A stretch of DNA of 64,000 nt, taken from the NCBI GenBank assembly GCA_964304625.1, contig OZ199840.1, positions 2,716,787 through 2,780,786 of the forward strand, read 5' to 3'. Position 1 is the stretch's first letter. Every line of letters begins with the position of its first letter. This document shows, piece by piece, positions 1 to 13,312 of the stretch. Origin of the DNA: Kudoa neothunni. Lineage: Eukaryota; Animalia; Cnidaria. A program made the position numbers and the translations under genes. The notes beneath the pieces were generated by a model that was not told where the DNA came from, made no database searches, and saw only the letters and a list, made by a program, of their open reading frames with translations.

Positions 1-981
1 ATTTTAGTTTTTGTAACAAAGAGATTTTTAAATGAATTAAATAATAGTGATGAAACAAATAATAAGAAATTTTCTGTATACTTAGGGTGCATTTCATAAG
101 TTCTAGGCGACAAGTTGGGCATGTAAATTAGTTTGTATGAGGGATCATCTTTGGTCCCATTAAGAGATATTCCTAGAAATACAATTCATTTATAAGTTGG
201 TTGGAAAATAAAAACTTAGATGAAATATATCGGATTGTCATACCTATGGCAAATGGGGAAATCGAAGAATTTGGCATATCACTGGGGTTGACGAGAGGAT
301 CGAAATATTCCAAAACAGCCTTTTCGTTATTCACCAATTTGAACCCAGTAGGAATCCATTTAAAAGGGACATTTTTCAAAAGGTGTGATATAACCAGCAG
401 ATAATTTGTGATTGTATCCATTTTCTGGTAATGAAGATATTATTGAAATAAAATATTAATTAGATTTAATACTACATTGATATTTGTTATATTCGATAGA
501 TTAGTCGCAGTAGAAAGAAAACAATAAATTTCATTGATAATTGTCGAGTGTTGGGATAGATTTAACATGAGATCAGAAAAAGGTTTGAAAAACTCATTGA
601 GGTGAGTAATAACTGTTTGACCGATTTCAGTATCGATTGAAGAAAGGGGTAATTTATTGTCGACAATGGCTTTGATAGTTTTCTCCAAAAGTTTAGATTC
701 ACAGGTTGCTTCTTGGATTCCGTCTATATACATTGATCAAAAACGAATATTCTTGTGTATAAATTTAATTCTAATGTAACATAGGAGATGTAACTTTATT
801 TTTAATATTTTAGTCGAAAAATTATTAGCTTATTAAATATCTGTATTCGCAGTTGAATAATATACGCTGTAAATTAAAACTTAATTAGTCTATTAATATT
901 TGCCAGAATTTTGTATCTGTATGAATAATAATTAATCAGTTTTAATTTAAAATTCATAATTAATTGATTCAAAATTAAATA

Positions 982-1140
982 CAGTCGAACCCCGTTTATC
1001 CGAAAATCGCGCTATCCGAATGATTTTTTAGAATTTATTTGAAAACGATGTAGATTCTAAATAATAAAATTTCGACAACCGCCATCCGAAACAACTTTTG
1101 GCTGGAATTTCCGGATAAAAATGTCTTGAAGTCTGGATTA
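982..1140. mobile_element. Solo pogo/Tigger-like terminal fragment
   Basis: TA followed by CAGTCGAACCCCGTTTATCCGAA, with repeated TATCCGAA/CCGGATAA submotifs typical of pogo-family ends. No nearby partner end found. Confidence 0.45.
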
Positions 1141-1872
1141 GTGCCTGGTTAAAATGGCACCTATATTTATTTTTTTGCCACATACGTTCGTTATTTATTC
1201 AATTTAAGTTTATGTTTGATTAATAGAAATATCGCAACGTAGATAATATAGTATTTTATGTTCAAAACGCAACCATGTTCATGTTCATGATGAACAAATA
1301 AATGTTGGTTAAAGACAAACTCCCTTATATCTTATCGTGAGTAATAAAAAATAAAAAATGGAATTTATTGGATGGTTTAATCACAAACTAGCAGTGACTT
1401 CGTAGGCCCAATTTATCCACGGAATCGACCTAATTCAACAATGTTCACACATCAGATTTTTCCCATAACACCTCCACTTTTAAGTCTTATTGAGTTTTAA
1501 CAATCAATATTAAATTGTTGGAATATGACATATTTCAATTAATGAGGAAATTCTAAATATCGTTATGAAGAATTCTGGGAAAATACTCCTCATTGTTACT
1601 TTATTAATCTTACTATCATTATGAGTACAGCTTACAATATCCGAATTGGGAAGAAATTGTAAAAAAATTAATAATAATAGACCATTTTTTAGAATCTAGA
1701 TTATACCATTTTAATATGGCGTTAACGTCGCGCCTTTCGGTTGTATGCGTGCGCCGATTACGTTGGATCTAAAATATTCGTTAAAAATACAAAACAAATA
1801 TTGAAAAATAAAGTATGCAACCAACCTACAATTTTTTCAAACTGCACATGCGCATTTACCAAATTTTGTTTA

Positions 1873-3431
1873 GATGGTATCTATTTGCACTCTGTCGGTG
1901 CATGCGCGGAGGATTAAAGCATTACCTCTATATGTGCTTTTACTCTTATATTAGTCATTTCAAACAAATCGTAATAGCTGCAAACGCCAAATAACATTTT
2001 TTTAATTGGCTTTTAAAACGTATTTCAATTATTATCTATCGTAAAAATTACAGTCATATTTACTCCATAAAGCAATTTTATGCCAACTTTCAAGTATTAG
2101 AAAAAAATGGTTGGATAATACTTACAGGGAAAACTTATGTGAATATATCTTTTTGTGGTTTATTAATTTTGAGCGTAATGAGTTCAGAAGGCCGCGATTT
2201 ATTCAACAAACGATTCTGTTCATCCGATAATTTAAAAAATCTTATAAAAAATTTAATATATCCTGAAAGTGCTGACTCATTTTACTTCATTTTGAATGAA
2301 ATACACCCGACCAATTCAACGTATTTTCAATATTTGGAAAAACTGGATTAGTATTCAAAATATTTGGGCTCATTTTCATCGCCTCGATGCTCCGACCCGA
2401 CATTTGGTTCAAATACAATTAACAATTAACAGAATTGAACAAAAGCATGACAAGATAAAAGAGTTATGTCAAAGGCATCGTTAATTCACTAAGTCAATTC
2501 AATACTCAGTTACTGTAAGACCATCATCCATGGTGATGATTTATAAAAAAATGATCTGATTCTTATGAAGAACGAAATTGATGATGTCGATGATGATATT
2601 TCGGCAATAATAAATCGTTTGTCCAGTTTTTACGCTAATAAAATCAAACTAGAGACTCAAAATCTGAAATTATTATCAATTAGGAATTAAATAAAACATG
2701 ACCTTTTTCAAATTGTTTCTTGTGCAGCAATCATTACGTTTCAAGATAATATGTACAAATGTGATTGTAAATTTTTTCAACAATATTCTCTCTCATGAAA
2801 AAATATTGTGGCAATGATAAAATCTTTAATTTTAACTTCTGATTCTATGTGCACTGGAAGGTGGTTTATACAAACAATGATATATATATATATATATATA
2901 TTCGTCGATAATAATGATGTGTGCAATAAACAGACGGCGATATTTCAACAACTATAAACTCCCCCGGTATTGATGCACAAAATATCGACTTTAATGTTTT
3001 ACCAACCAATATACATTTAAAATAAAAGTTTAAAAAAAACAAAAAATTATGTTCTGAAATATTGGATCAATTAAATACACTTGGTGATAGTCAAGACAAC
3101 GAATTTTATATGAGCCTACGAAATTTAAAGAGCAATACAACCATATTTTCCATAAATCAACGAAATTAAAAAAATTCAAACTCGTATAATTTCAATTTTT
3201 GTTCCATTAAAGATTAAAGTAAAAGGAAGAGTAAACAATTAAGCAACTGTGTTGATTATTCAAAGTAGAAAAAAATATTGTTATCATTTTATTCATTTTT
3301 TGAAGAATAATTTTTATCGTTTTTGGCTATTAGTGTTTTTCTACAGCAACTAATATAAGAGAAAAAGCACATATAGAGGTAATACATTAATCCTACGTGC
3401 ATGCATCGAGGGAGTGCAAATAGACACTATC
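1873..3431 (+). mobile_element. Mutator/MULE element with ~80-bp TIRs and a decayed transposase
   Basis: 1873-1955 and 3349-3431 are imperfect inverted repeats (shared core ATTACCTCTATATGTGCTTTT). Internal remnants read YFQYLEK-NWISIQNIWAHFHR...LTINRIEQKHDKIK (MULE W...W...TNN..E..H motif) and YKCDCKFFQQYSLS*KNIVA (SWIM-type finger, ~2751-2815). No clear TSD. Confidence 0.75.
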
Positions 3432-5679
3432 GGCGGAAATACACAAAATACATGTTTAACAACAAATAATATAAAGGTTAGACGTTCCTAAATTGAACTC
3501 CTGGAAATTAAATTCGACAAAACCATTGTACTTTTGGTATATCTAACTATTAAAATTGATTAGACGATGTTTTTAGAAATGGGTGTATCAAAGTTTATTT
3601 CGTACTGATAGTATTAAGTGGAGTAATAAAAGTTAATTTCAATTAGTTATTATTTAGTTATATAATAATTGATAGTGTTTTTACGTTCACTCTAAAATGA
3701 TTTTAATTTTAATTCCGCTAATCACCATATTTTTTGAATCATAATTTTCAGACCAAAAAAATAGTTCAATTCCTTCTACGGGTCGCCTATGGGCGGCAAC
3801 TTGGAAGAATTGATATATTTTTGAGTGATGTTAAGAAATTTTTCGATTTAAAATATTTCCGGCCCAAACGACACTGGGAATTTCGCAAACCTTATTTTTA
3901 ATTATCAACCCCAAGAGAGTACATCATAAATTAATTATTATTTACTTGAAATAAACGATATTTTATTAAATTAAAAGATTATATTGATATTACCTTTATT
4001 GTTGTAGGAAATTGATGTATATTTATTTTTCTTTTCAAAAGCAGTAGCCTTGTGATTGCTAGAGGAGCAAATAAATTCCTTAATATCGTAACGATTGACT
4101 TTTTCTGGATTGGTTTCAATGAATATTTTTTTTATATCCAAAAATTGTTGATCCTAAATTAACAATTATAAGAAATTGGATCAACGAGCTAGACAATCAC
4201 TTCACTCAGAAATTTGACGTTGTTAAATAACACAATAATTTTTTCTACCATCTAAAACTGAATTAGATTATTTAAACAAATTAAAGAAACCTCCACTAAA
4301 CTTTGGGTAACATTTATTTTTTGTTTTTGAATTCCATCGGAAATATATTTGGGTAGGATTATATTTTGTCTTATTAATTCATAGATATTCTCCTTGTCAA
4401 ATTGAAAACAGCAATCAAATAAGAATTATGTACGATAAAGCTTGGATAGCTTTTAGGGAACAATAACATGAAATCCTTCTTTGTAATTTCTGGCCATTCC
4501 ACATTCGTTTCCTTGTGATTCATCAAAAAATTACGATACTAAATTATATCATGTAAAACCCACTGTCTATAGATAATCATAAAAAATGAATTTTATTGAA
4601 AAAATGGTTTATTTATAGTTTTCAAGAGAAATGATTAAAATATATTAAACTAATGAATATTAAATAATGCCGTGAGATTATTAATCCAAACTTTTACCTT
4701 AACTCCAAGTAATACCAACTAAAAAACTGAATTAAAAATTCAAAGATAAAATAACATTTACCACTCTAAGATCGATAGGTTCCTTCATTATAATGCGTTC
4801 ATATTCGTTATTTAACATTAAAACATGACGTTGAAACCGATTTCTAGTGTTGTTGTCTACAGAGATAATATCTCCAATTTTTGGTTCTAATGAAAAACTG
4901 TTGTATATGAACGAATACAACACTCAACTCAAATTACCACTATCGAAAGATGGGATTTTTTGGAATGCATCAAGAATCGATGTAGCATCAAAAACAAGAT
5001 TTTCTATCTTTTTCTTGAGATAGCTATTATTATTTAATTTCCAGTAGATTTGAAGATAGTCGTTAAATCTGTTTAGTGGAAAGAAAAAAACATCATATAA
5101 TTCAAACCGGTCCCAAACATAGGTCTACCTTGAATTCATAAATGTATAGTTATTTAAATTTGAAATCTCAGAATTGGGCCTCACATCATTACAGATGACA
5201 CTAAATAGAGTCTTCATCATGCTGTCTGATGGCATGGCCATCGGTTTTGTATGGCCTAAATTTACAATAATATAAAACATCCAATAATAATTATACCATT
5301 ATTCAAGTATGTTACAGGAATTTTAATTACATTTGGTATAAAGAAAATTGACATTAATAAAACTGGGAAGAGCAGTTCCACTATTAGAGTCCCCTAAAAA
5401 TGTGGTATGAGCAGTGACGACAAGTTAATGCTTTCAGATCGAACTTTATCAGTCAATTTAAGTTTTGTACATTTCCATAACAAAATCAACATTCTCATTT
5501 CTTATTATTTTGTGATTAGAAGACTGAAATCGGATATTTAAAGGATTATTTAAATTTTCATTAGAAAAAATCTTCGATCAGTTCCAAGTTTATTTCTCCG
5601 CCTGGCTTAGTATTTTGTAGACTAATTAATTTTATAGTTATCGATTAAAACCCATTTAATTTACACAAACATAAGACTT

Positions 5680-6800
5680 ACCTTTTTATTAATATCGATG
5701 GAGCTCGTGACATCATTTTTTAATTCCATTCATGTAACATAAATCTTAATATATTGCGGTTGATTATAGTGAATGGGTCATGATAAGAATTGAATTAAAC
5801 TAAATATAATATTCAGTTATTATCATACTCCTTCTATACATGTATTCCATGTAAAACAATACAGCTGTTCTCATATTTAGAAGATGTGATGAGGTTATTT
5901 TTGGTTTTTAGGGTCACCAGTGGGTGTAAACAACGCCGACAGATTAACACCGTTGCCGATAATAAGTTTTAATTCTTCATAGTGCCGGTTCTTTTATGGA
6001 ATTCAGTGGCTTTAATCTTTAATTAAATAAATTTTTCCCCATTCACCGCAATCTAATTACAAATTCAGATTAATCATAGATAAGTCTTTCCAGATATTCT
6101 CCAATAAAGTCCCTTCAATGATGTTAACATAATAAATTTTCTGTTAGCTCCAATATTATTATCTGAATTAAGAAAAACATTATTTAACAACGCGTATTAT
6201 GATGACTAATTTCGGATAATCATTCTTAGATTAATACCCCAGAAAGAAAACTGAAAAGATTCGAATGTTTTATCGAGACTAATTTCTGATCCATATTTAT
6301 TAATCCAGCATTACCTCCTATAAATATCCAAACAGCATCCAGAAAATTAATTGAAAATATCGAGCTCAATTTATTAAAGGTTAATGTGATAAATGATACC
6401 TTTAAATTGTATAGTAACTATCAAAGTTCTTCACGTTTATCCAAATCCTTACAAATTTTAACATATAAATTGTGACATTAATCACTAAATTTTTTAAATA
6501 TTCTTCCCATCATGATATCAGAGTTTATATTTGACCTAATTCATGCTTTTTAGAAAAAAAAAGAAGAGAGCAGAATATAATCTAAATTTTTACAAAGTTT
6601 AAGCCAATTAGTAAACTTACTGAATCATCACCAAAGTTAGACACTGCTCAAACATCAAAGCCAATACCATTTACACATCAATAATTAATAGGAACTAAAT
6701 GTTTAAATGTAGTCCAGGCGAACGTAGGATTGGTAGAGTTGACGCCACACAATCCAGAATTAGATAAGTAATAACATACTGTTCTTATAAATATGCATAA
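5680..6800 (-). pseudogene. Second decayed fragment resembling the distal part of an ABCA extracellular domain 1
   Basis: Broken reading frames with GTAAGT donors carry, in order, NIWKDL..GKIYL, VGVVY and DPF...DLCY...NDVTSSID. These loosely parallel ABCA IWKALKP..GKILY / AGIVF / DPFEDMRY...QDVVEQAII. Many stops; similarity is weak. Confidence 0.3.
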
Positions 6801-6897
6801 GCAGATCTACATAATTTTCGAAGCAAGAATAAATTATTACTCACCCAATAAGATTTCTTAATATTGTATTCTAATCTAGAGAATTTAATTACACGAC

Positions 6898-7964
6898 CAG
6901 CGTTGCAAACCCTGCCCGATTTCGGGCAAATCAAGTAAAAATTGTCCGATTTGTTATTCTTATTCTTCGAAAGATTTAATAATCGTAAAGCAATGCTTCA
7001 AAAGTAAGAAGTTATTCAAAATTCACTAAAAATAGGAAATAATCGTTTTTTATTTTATTTATAGAAATCTTCGAATAGATAATTTTATATTTGGAACAAT
7101 GCGAGATTTTAAGTTAAAATATCTACAGTAGAAGTTCAACAAATGCAAGTTACAATCATACATTCTAATAGTCAATTCCTAAAGCCCATTTAATACAGGA
7201 GTTGAGACAAAAAGAACATGCCAAAAATTTATGAAACTAAACACATTTTAAATGTTATGCTCCTGTCGTGACCAACATTTTGGATCATTTTTCAGTCCTG
7301 TTATCGATAAGACGCAGTTTACAAAGATGATGGACTATTTTGGAATTATCGCGAAGAGTATTATGTATGTTAGAGTTATGAATGCTTGAATTTAAAAAGA
7401 CTCTGATGTTGATGATATCCAACGCTAAGCTCTCATTACAAATGTTCGTTATTGATCCTAAACAAATGTTAATTTTATTTAATAACTAAATAAATGAAAA
7501 TTTAACTAAATATTATCTATTTGATTAATTTTTCTGAATTTTAATAAACAAATTATCTTCCATACAAATAAAACCTCATCTAGGTATAGTAGTTATATTA
7601 AAAATCGAACGAAGGGCAGTAAAACAATTATTTGAAATTAAAAGAATTAGACAGGCTTAAAAACAAGTTTTATTAAATCGATTATCAATAATAGGCTTTT
7701 TGAGCATTTTCTTTAACTGGACTATCAAAACCATCAGAAGAAACAGAATGTTGTGCTTTACGTTAGATTATCTTATTCGAATTATGACATTTTTAAACAT
7801 GAAACAAGTGGTGTCAAAACTTTGAAGTTTCTAGGTTAATTAGGAATTTACATAAAATTCATACTTATAATTAATATTACTTCGGTTTCTACAAAAAATT
7901 CTGATTTTCCCGATTTTATCCAGAAAAGATTTGGCTGAATGCCCGATTTGTTTTGGAAATGCTG
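6898..7964. mobile_element. Possible old non-autonomous hAT-like element
   Basis: Ends CAGCGTTGCAAA ... TTGGAAATGCTG form an imperfect TIR, with subterminal GCCCGATTT motifs near both ends. No convincing TSD. Confidence 0.35.
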
Positions 7965-10429
7965 TGTACATACGGCCTTACATTCTAAGATGCAGTCAGG
8001 CACTAGTTTGAGAGATGATTTCCTTAATTATTTCATTTATAAGTTTTCAATCTCCACGATACACTTAATATTAGTTTTATTAATTCTTTTAATTTTATTT
8101 TAACGTAAAAACTCAATAAAAAATAATTGTAAATTCTAGCTCATTTATAATTCAAATCGATATCTAAAAAAATTTATTAAACTAATATTGAATATAGGAG
8201 CTTCAAAGGAATCAAAGATATAGTTGCAATAATCTAATAACATAATATTTTGATCCGTTGAAATCTCAACCTTTATTTTTTGTTAATACGGTGAATTCTC
8301 GGCACAGCTAGCCCTAGCCAAGTCGTGGAAATCTGGCTAATTACACAAGCGTTTAAACACCACAATGGATTGCTTGTAACCCCTTTGTTTTACCTTTTCC
8401 TTATAATTTAACCCAAAACCATCGAAATCTCAAGGTGAGTATCGCTATAAACCTTATCCTTTAAAAGCTTCATGCGTGTTAGCTCTATGGAAGTTAAAAA
8501 ATTTGTTACCTAATAAGCTTCAGATGATTAAAAAATACAATCTGAATCTTGAAGATAAATCAAACTACAATCAGTAACCGATTTTATACAATCTCAGGAT
8601 TTTTACTATAAACCTGTGTTTTCCAAACCTTTTGATTTGCTGAACCCCTGAGTATATTATCCACGTGTGTTTATATTTATGATATTGTTGTATCAAAATT
8701 ATTTTTTAAAATCGGCCTTTATTATGGCCAGGAATTTACGAAAGACTAATTGTTTAAGAGTAAAGACCTCCTGAAATTAATGCGCGGATCCCAGTTTGCT
8801 AACACTTTAGTAAACATTATCTAAAAGTGATAGATTTCAATAAACATATTATATTAATATGTTTATTTATAAAATCCTTGATTTAGAGACATTTTTTACG
8901 TATAATTTATGTATATAAATGATTAAATTATCATTCGCCCCTTATGCCCCACATAAATTCTGAATGCATACGCGTACAAAGGTGGGTGTTCTGATTTGAT
9001 TTATCTCCATGTTTAAAAAAGAGGACGTAATAATCGTTTTTCAACATATTTAAACTATTTAAAATAAAAATAAAACTAATTTCCCAAGGAACTTTTATCT
9101 CATGCCGATGACTTAAGGAGTTATGACCAAATACTGTGGCTGACCCAACTGTAAGGATTTATATCTTAAAGTTGAACAACCAATTTGTAAATTAATTATA
9201 ATAAATTTTAAAAAGAATTATTAGTTGTTTGAGAAAAAAAACCAATTTTTCATTTTGTGTATTATATATTGCAATTAATGTCGTTTAAACAGTTAATTAT
9301 GACAAATTATAAGCATGCATTATTAAAGAGAATTAATAAATAAATTACTATGGGTGTAAATCCTTTAAATAAATATTATATTATTTTTGACAGCGGTTGT
9401 TGGTAATTAACGCAAAAAATCAGCATTAGTACGAAAAATATTGCGCGAATGTAACAACATTAACAGTAAACGGAAAAAATAGGTCGCAACCGATTTTTCG
9501 CGCTTTTTGCTGCACATGAAGGATATACGAATAAACAATTATCTGATGTATAAATGCAGATAACTCACACACAATACATATAATAGCATGCGTTAACTCT
9601 GAACACAACTCTTGTTTAAAAATACAGCACACAAAACAGAAGCGGTTGTCTTGTAAAGGGAAGCTTCCTAATTTGGAGGTGCGAGATTATATCACAATCA
9701 TAAATAATTTTTAAGAAATGTTATTAAAATAATAACTGATTCCCAATATATATAAATCGTTTAAACTTAATGAATACATCGTTATTTTTTGTAGTATGAT
9801 CGGTTTTGATTTTTTAATATAATGCAGAAATATTTTAAGAGACATCTTTAATTAGAAAAATACAATGGATGAAATTTTTTTAATACTTAATTAAGTTAAA
9901 AATGAAACTGACAATTAATATATTAAAAATGCATAAAAATAAAGAGATATTTTTTAACAAATTAAAAATGTTTAAATTAAACTGGAACAATAAAATTAAG
10001 CTGTCTCTACTTAATTCGTGAAGCCAATTCTTTATTACACGTAAAATTAACTACCTTACACAGATTTTGAATGTGATATGCCTGATCGCATATATCGTGT
10101 TATAATTAAAGTTAGACCCGGTCCTATATTAATTATAAAAAAAGGGTAACAAGTCTTATTTTCGTGATGAATATTGCATTTCTGACATACAATCAAAAGG
10201 ATTATACTTCTATGCAAACATCCAAAAAAGTAATGGAGATTAAATTTTTTGGAAAGAAATTGTTACTACCATAAATAACGGAAGTATTCATTATTGTTGT
10301 GACAAAAACCTAATAATCAAGGTCCTGTTGAATAATCACTGCAAAAATCCTCTGAAACAATTCTAGGTCTTATTTAAAATTTCCGTTAAAAAATCATCAA
10401 GTCTCATTTTCGGAGTTGGTTTATATTAA

Positions 10430-12977
10430 CCCTCCGAGCATGTTTGTGGTCCAATGGACCCCAAGCCAAATTCTGGGCCAATTTTATTGCTTGTTAAAAA
10501 AGGTTAATTTAATGAAATCTGGCGTTATTCTTCAGATATTTAACGAAGAATATAAAAAAGGTTTTATAACTAAAAATTAATTTAAAACGAACTCAAACTA
10601 TTTTTTATACGCTTAGCCTTTTTGGGATCCAGGTGGGCCCCAGGTTTTAATTTCATTAAAACATGTGTAATATTGTATAAAACTGAATATTGCATTATTA
10701 GAAAATTTGGTTCATATAGATATTGAGTAAAAACATGATTTTATGACCAACGATACATACTGACTCGCAAAATGGAGAACTTGTTTATTGAATTTCCATC
10801 AAGGGAAGAATCAAATTGCAGTGACATTGACGATAATGTGGAAGATGATTTTTATCTAGTAGTTGTGATAGCGCAGATGAGTTTGAGTCAATTAATATGT
10901 ACAAAGATAAAAACAATGTTGGATGGTTTCCTGGTATTCCCTCAAGTATTAAAACAACGAAGGAAAATATTTTAAACAAAGCCTCTGGAATAACTGCATT
11001 GCACCGTCAATAATTCGTTGCTTTATATATTGTTTTCATTATTTTTTGATGACGAATTGTATAAAATCATTATTACTAACACAGATAAATTTGGGTCTTT
11101 CCATTACAGAAATAAATGGAATGAATTAACATTAGTGGAAATGAAAGTATACGTGGGAATTCTTATATTTATATATATATATATATGCATTTTTAAATCC
11201 AAGAGGGAATCCCTCAAACAATTGTGGAGCTTGAATAATTGAATAAAGGTCGAGATATTTAAAAAAATATAATGTCGCTAGAAAGATTCACACAAATAAA
11301 TAGAAGTATCCATTTTGATGATTTTGAGACCAGGGTCGTACGACGTGAAAATAATAAGTTTTTCCCAATAACTGAAATATTTAATAAATGGAAAAAAAAT
11401 TCTTCCTATGTGTTTGACTCCCTCCAAATGTCTTACTGTTGATGAGCAGCTGGTAGCATTTCGTGGGAGGTTCCCGTTTAAACAGTATATGCCATCTAAG
11501 GCTGCAGTCTATGGCTTAAAGTTTTTTCTATTAACCGATCCAAACACACCAATTATATCCATAATATTTTCATCTATCTGGGTAAAACTACCAATGAAGT
11601 TACCAAGAGTGTGGGAGAAAAGGTTGTCTTAGAGTTATCGTCATATCTAAAAGGATCTAGTAAATATATTATCGTATGTGATAATTTCTTTACCTCGATC
11701 GAATTGGCTGACAAACTTCTTGATCTTGGGTTTGGATTAACAATGCTTGGAACTCTTCGCCATAACAAAAGGGTAATTCCGCCGATTATGAAGCCGAAAA
11801 AAATGAGTGAAGTCTAGTTCGATTTTTGTTCGTCATAAGAAAATGATGATGTTATCCTACATGCCAAAAATGAACAAGACTGTCATTTTGTTGGCTACTT
11901 CACCAAATAATGTTAGGTTTGCATTCGGATCATACTAAAAAACCTGAGATTATAATTGATTATGACGAAACCAAAGGTGGGGTAGATACAGTGGATCGTA
12001 TTCTAATCTACCTCGAGTGTAAAATGATATACCAAATGATGGCCGATGGTAGTTTTTTACAATATGATTGGCTTAAGTTTGGTCAACTCGTTTTACTTGT
12101 ATAAAACTACATTTAATAAACCCAACATCTCGGGAGCCAAATATCTAGAAGAGTTAGCGGATTTATTAGTGAAACCATTCGTCAATGATGATCCTCCTAT
12201 TTCGACTAATGAAATCTTCACTTCTAATGTTTAAAAAAGGTACAAGCTGTGTTTGCGAGGTTCGGATAGAAAAACAAAATCAATTTGTTTTTCTGTTCAA
12301 AATATTTTTATAATAATCACTCTGAAATTGTTTGTTGCAATTGCGTAATAAAATACAAACATTAGTTACTAGCCTATCATTAGCTATTGTTTTTATTTGT
12401 CACTGGTCTTGTTCTGCCTGACGTTGGAATATTTGAAACAATTAACAAATATGAATTTAGATTATATTTATATTGATAAGAGGTTATATGTTTCAATTAA
12501 TGGATATATTACTCATCCTAGAAATTATACCTTAAAACATTGTTAATTTGTTACTCTATTAAAAAATAATAAATGATGTAACAATTAGTAATATATACTA
12601 ATGAAAAAATGGCAATGTAATATAATAAGAGTATCTTGCAGTTTAAACACTAACAGGTCTGAGATATCTGAAATTTTAAAATAAAGCACGAAATACTTTG
12701 AAATTTCTTGTCGGTGTGGTAATTATGCAATTTTAATCAAATTTGAAACCTAGAGGGGCTACGTATCATTTGGGTCTGGTCGGTCATTATCGGAACTAAC
12801 GTCTTTTTGCCATTTCCTCTCTATCTAGTCGATATATATATTTTTTAATTCTTAAAACAATGTTTGATAATTTTATCTTTAAAAATATGAACGAAAAAAG
12901 TGGGGTCTTTCTGGGACCCCGAAACGACTAGGTGCTAGGTGGTGTGTATAGTCGTTTATGGCATCATGCTCGGAGGG
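10430..12977 (+). mobile_element. Full-length piggyBac with a frameshifted transposase
   Basis: TTAA-CCCTCCGAGCATG ... CATGCTCGGAGGG-TTAA (perfect 13-bp TIR, TTAA at both ends). Transposase motifs TVDEQLVAFRGRFPFKQYMPSK, CDNFFTS, GTLRHNK and DYDETKGGVDTVD, plus a Cys-rich tail remnant, are split by stops and frameshifts. Confidence 0.95.
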
Positions 12978-13312
12978 TTAAATAGAGCCTTAGAAGTCAC
13001 ACTAGATCTAATTTCGAGGAAACACAGAAGAAGGGATGCGAATTCGTTTTGAATTGGGAAGCACCTGCTCTAAGCGGAAACTTCCACCTATTTTTATATA
13101 GAGGATACTTAATTAAATAATTCGTTTATTCTAATATAGTATGTTATTAGAGGTCTCCTGCCACCAACTATGAATGGAAAACAATGGAGCCAAACAAATT
13201 TGGCATTTAACGCAAAGCGCATCCCAAAAAATCATCTCTGCTCAAATTACTACATACTATTGATAACGATTTGGTAAGAGTGAAATGGGTCAAAAAACGA
13301 GATCTTCAACAA

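Larger units (their letters stand above)
1..5498 (-). pseudogene. Decayed ABCA-subfamily ABC transporter gene (N-terminus, TM1 and extracellular domain 1), continuing off the left edge
   Basis: Splicing from ATG 5498 via GT-AG introns gives MRMLILLWKCTKLKLTDK|GTLIVELLFPVLLMSIFFIPNVIKIPVTYLNN|GHTKPMAMPSDSMMKTLFSVICND. This matches the ABCA N-terminal pattern (LLLWKN...LLEV.WPL...HFPNKAMPS.G......ICN). Downstream segments (4732-4923, 440-733, 173-421) contain in-frame stops (e.g. TAA 440-442, TAG 173-175) and phase breaks, and are interrupted by transposons. Assigning these distal segments to the same gene is inference. Confidence 0.6.

Noticed and set aside
173-6760. Stop-codon reassignment suggested by in-frame TAA/TAG/TGA in the ABCA-like region
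   Set aside because: All three stop types and frameshifts occur there, while intact genes (TMEM258, GPCR, MMACHC, Kunitz) read normally with the standard code.
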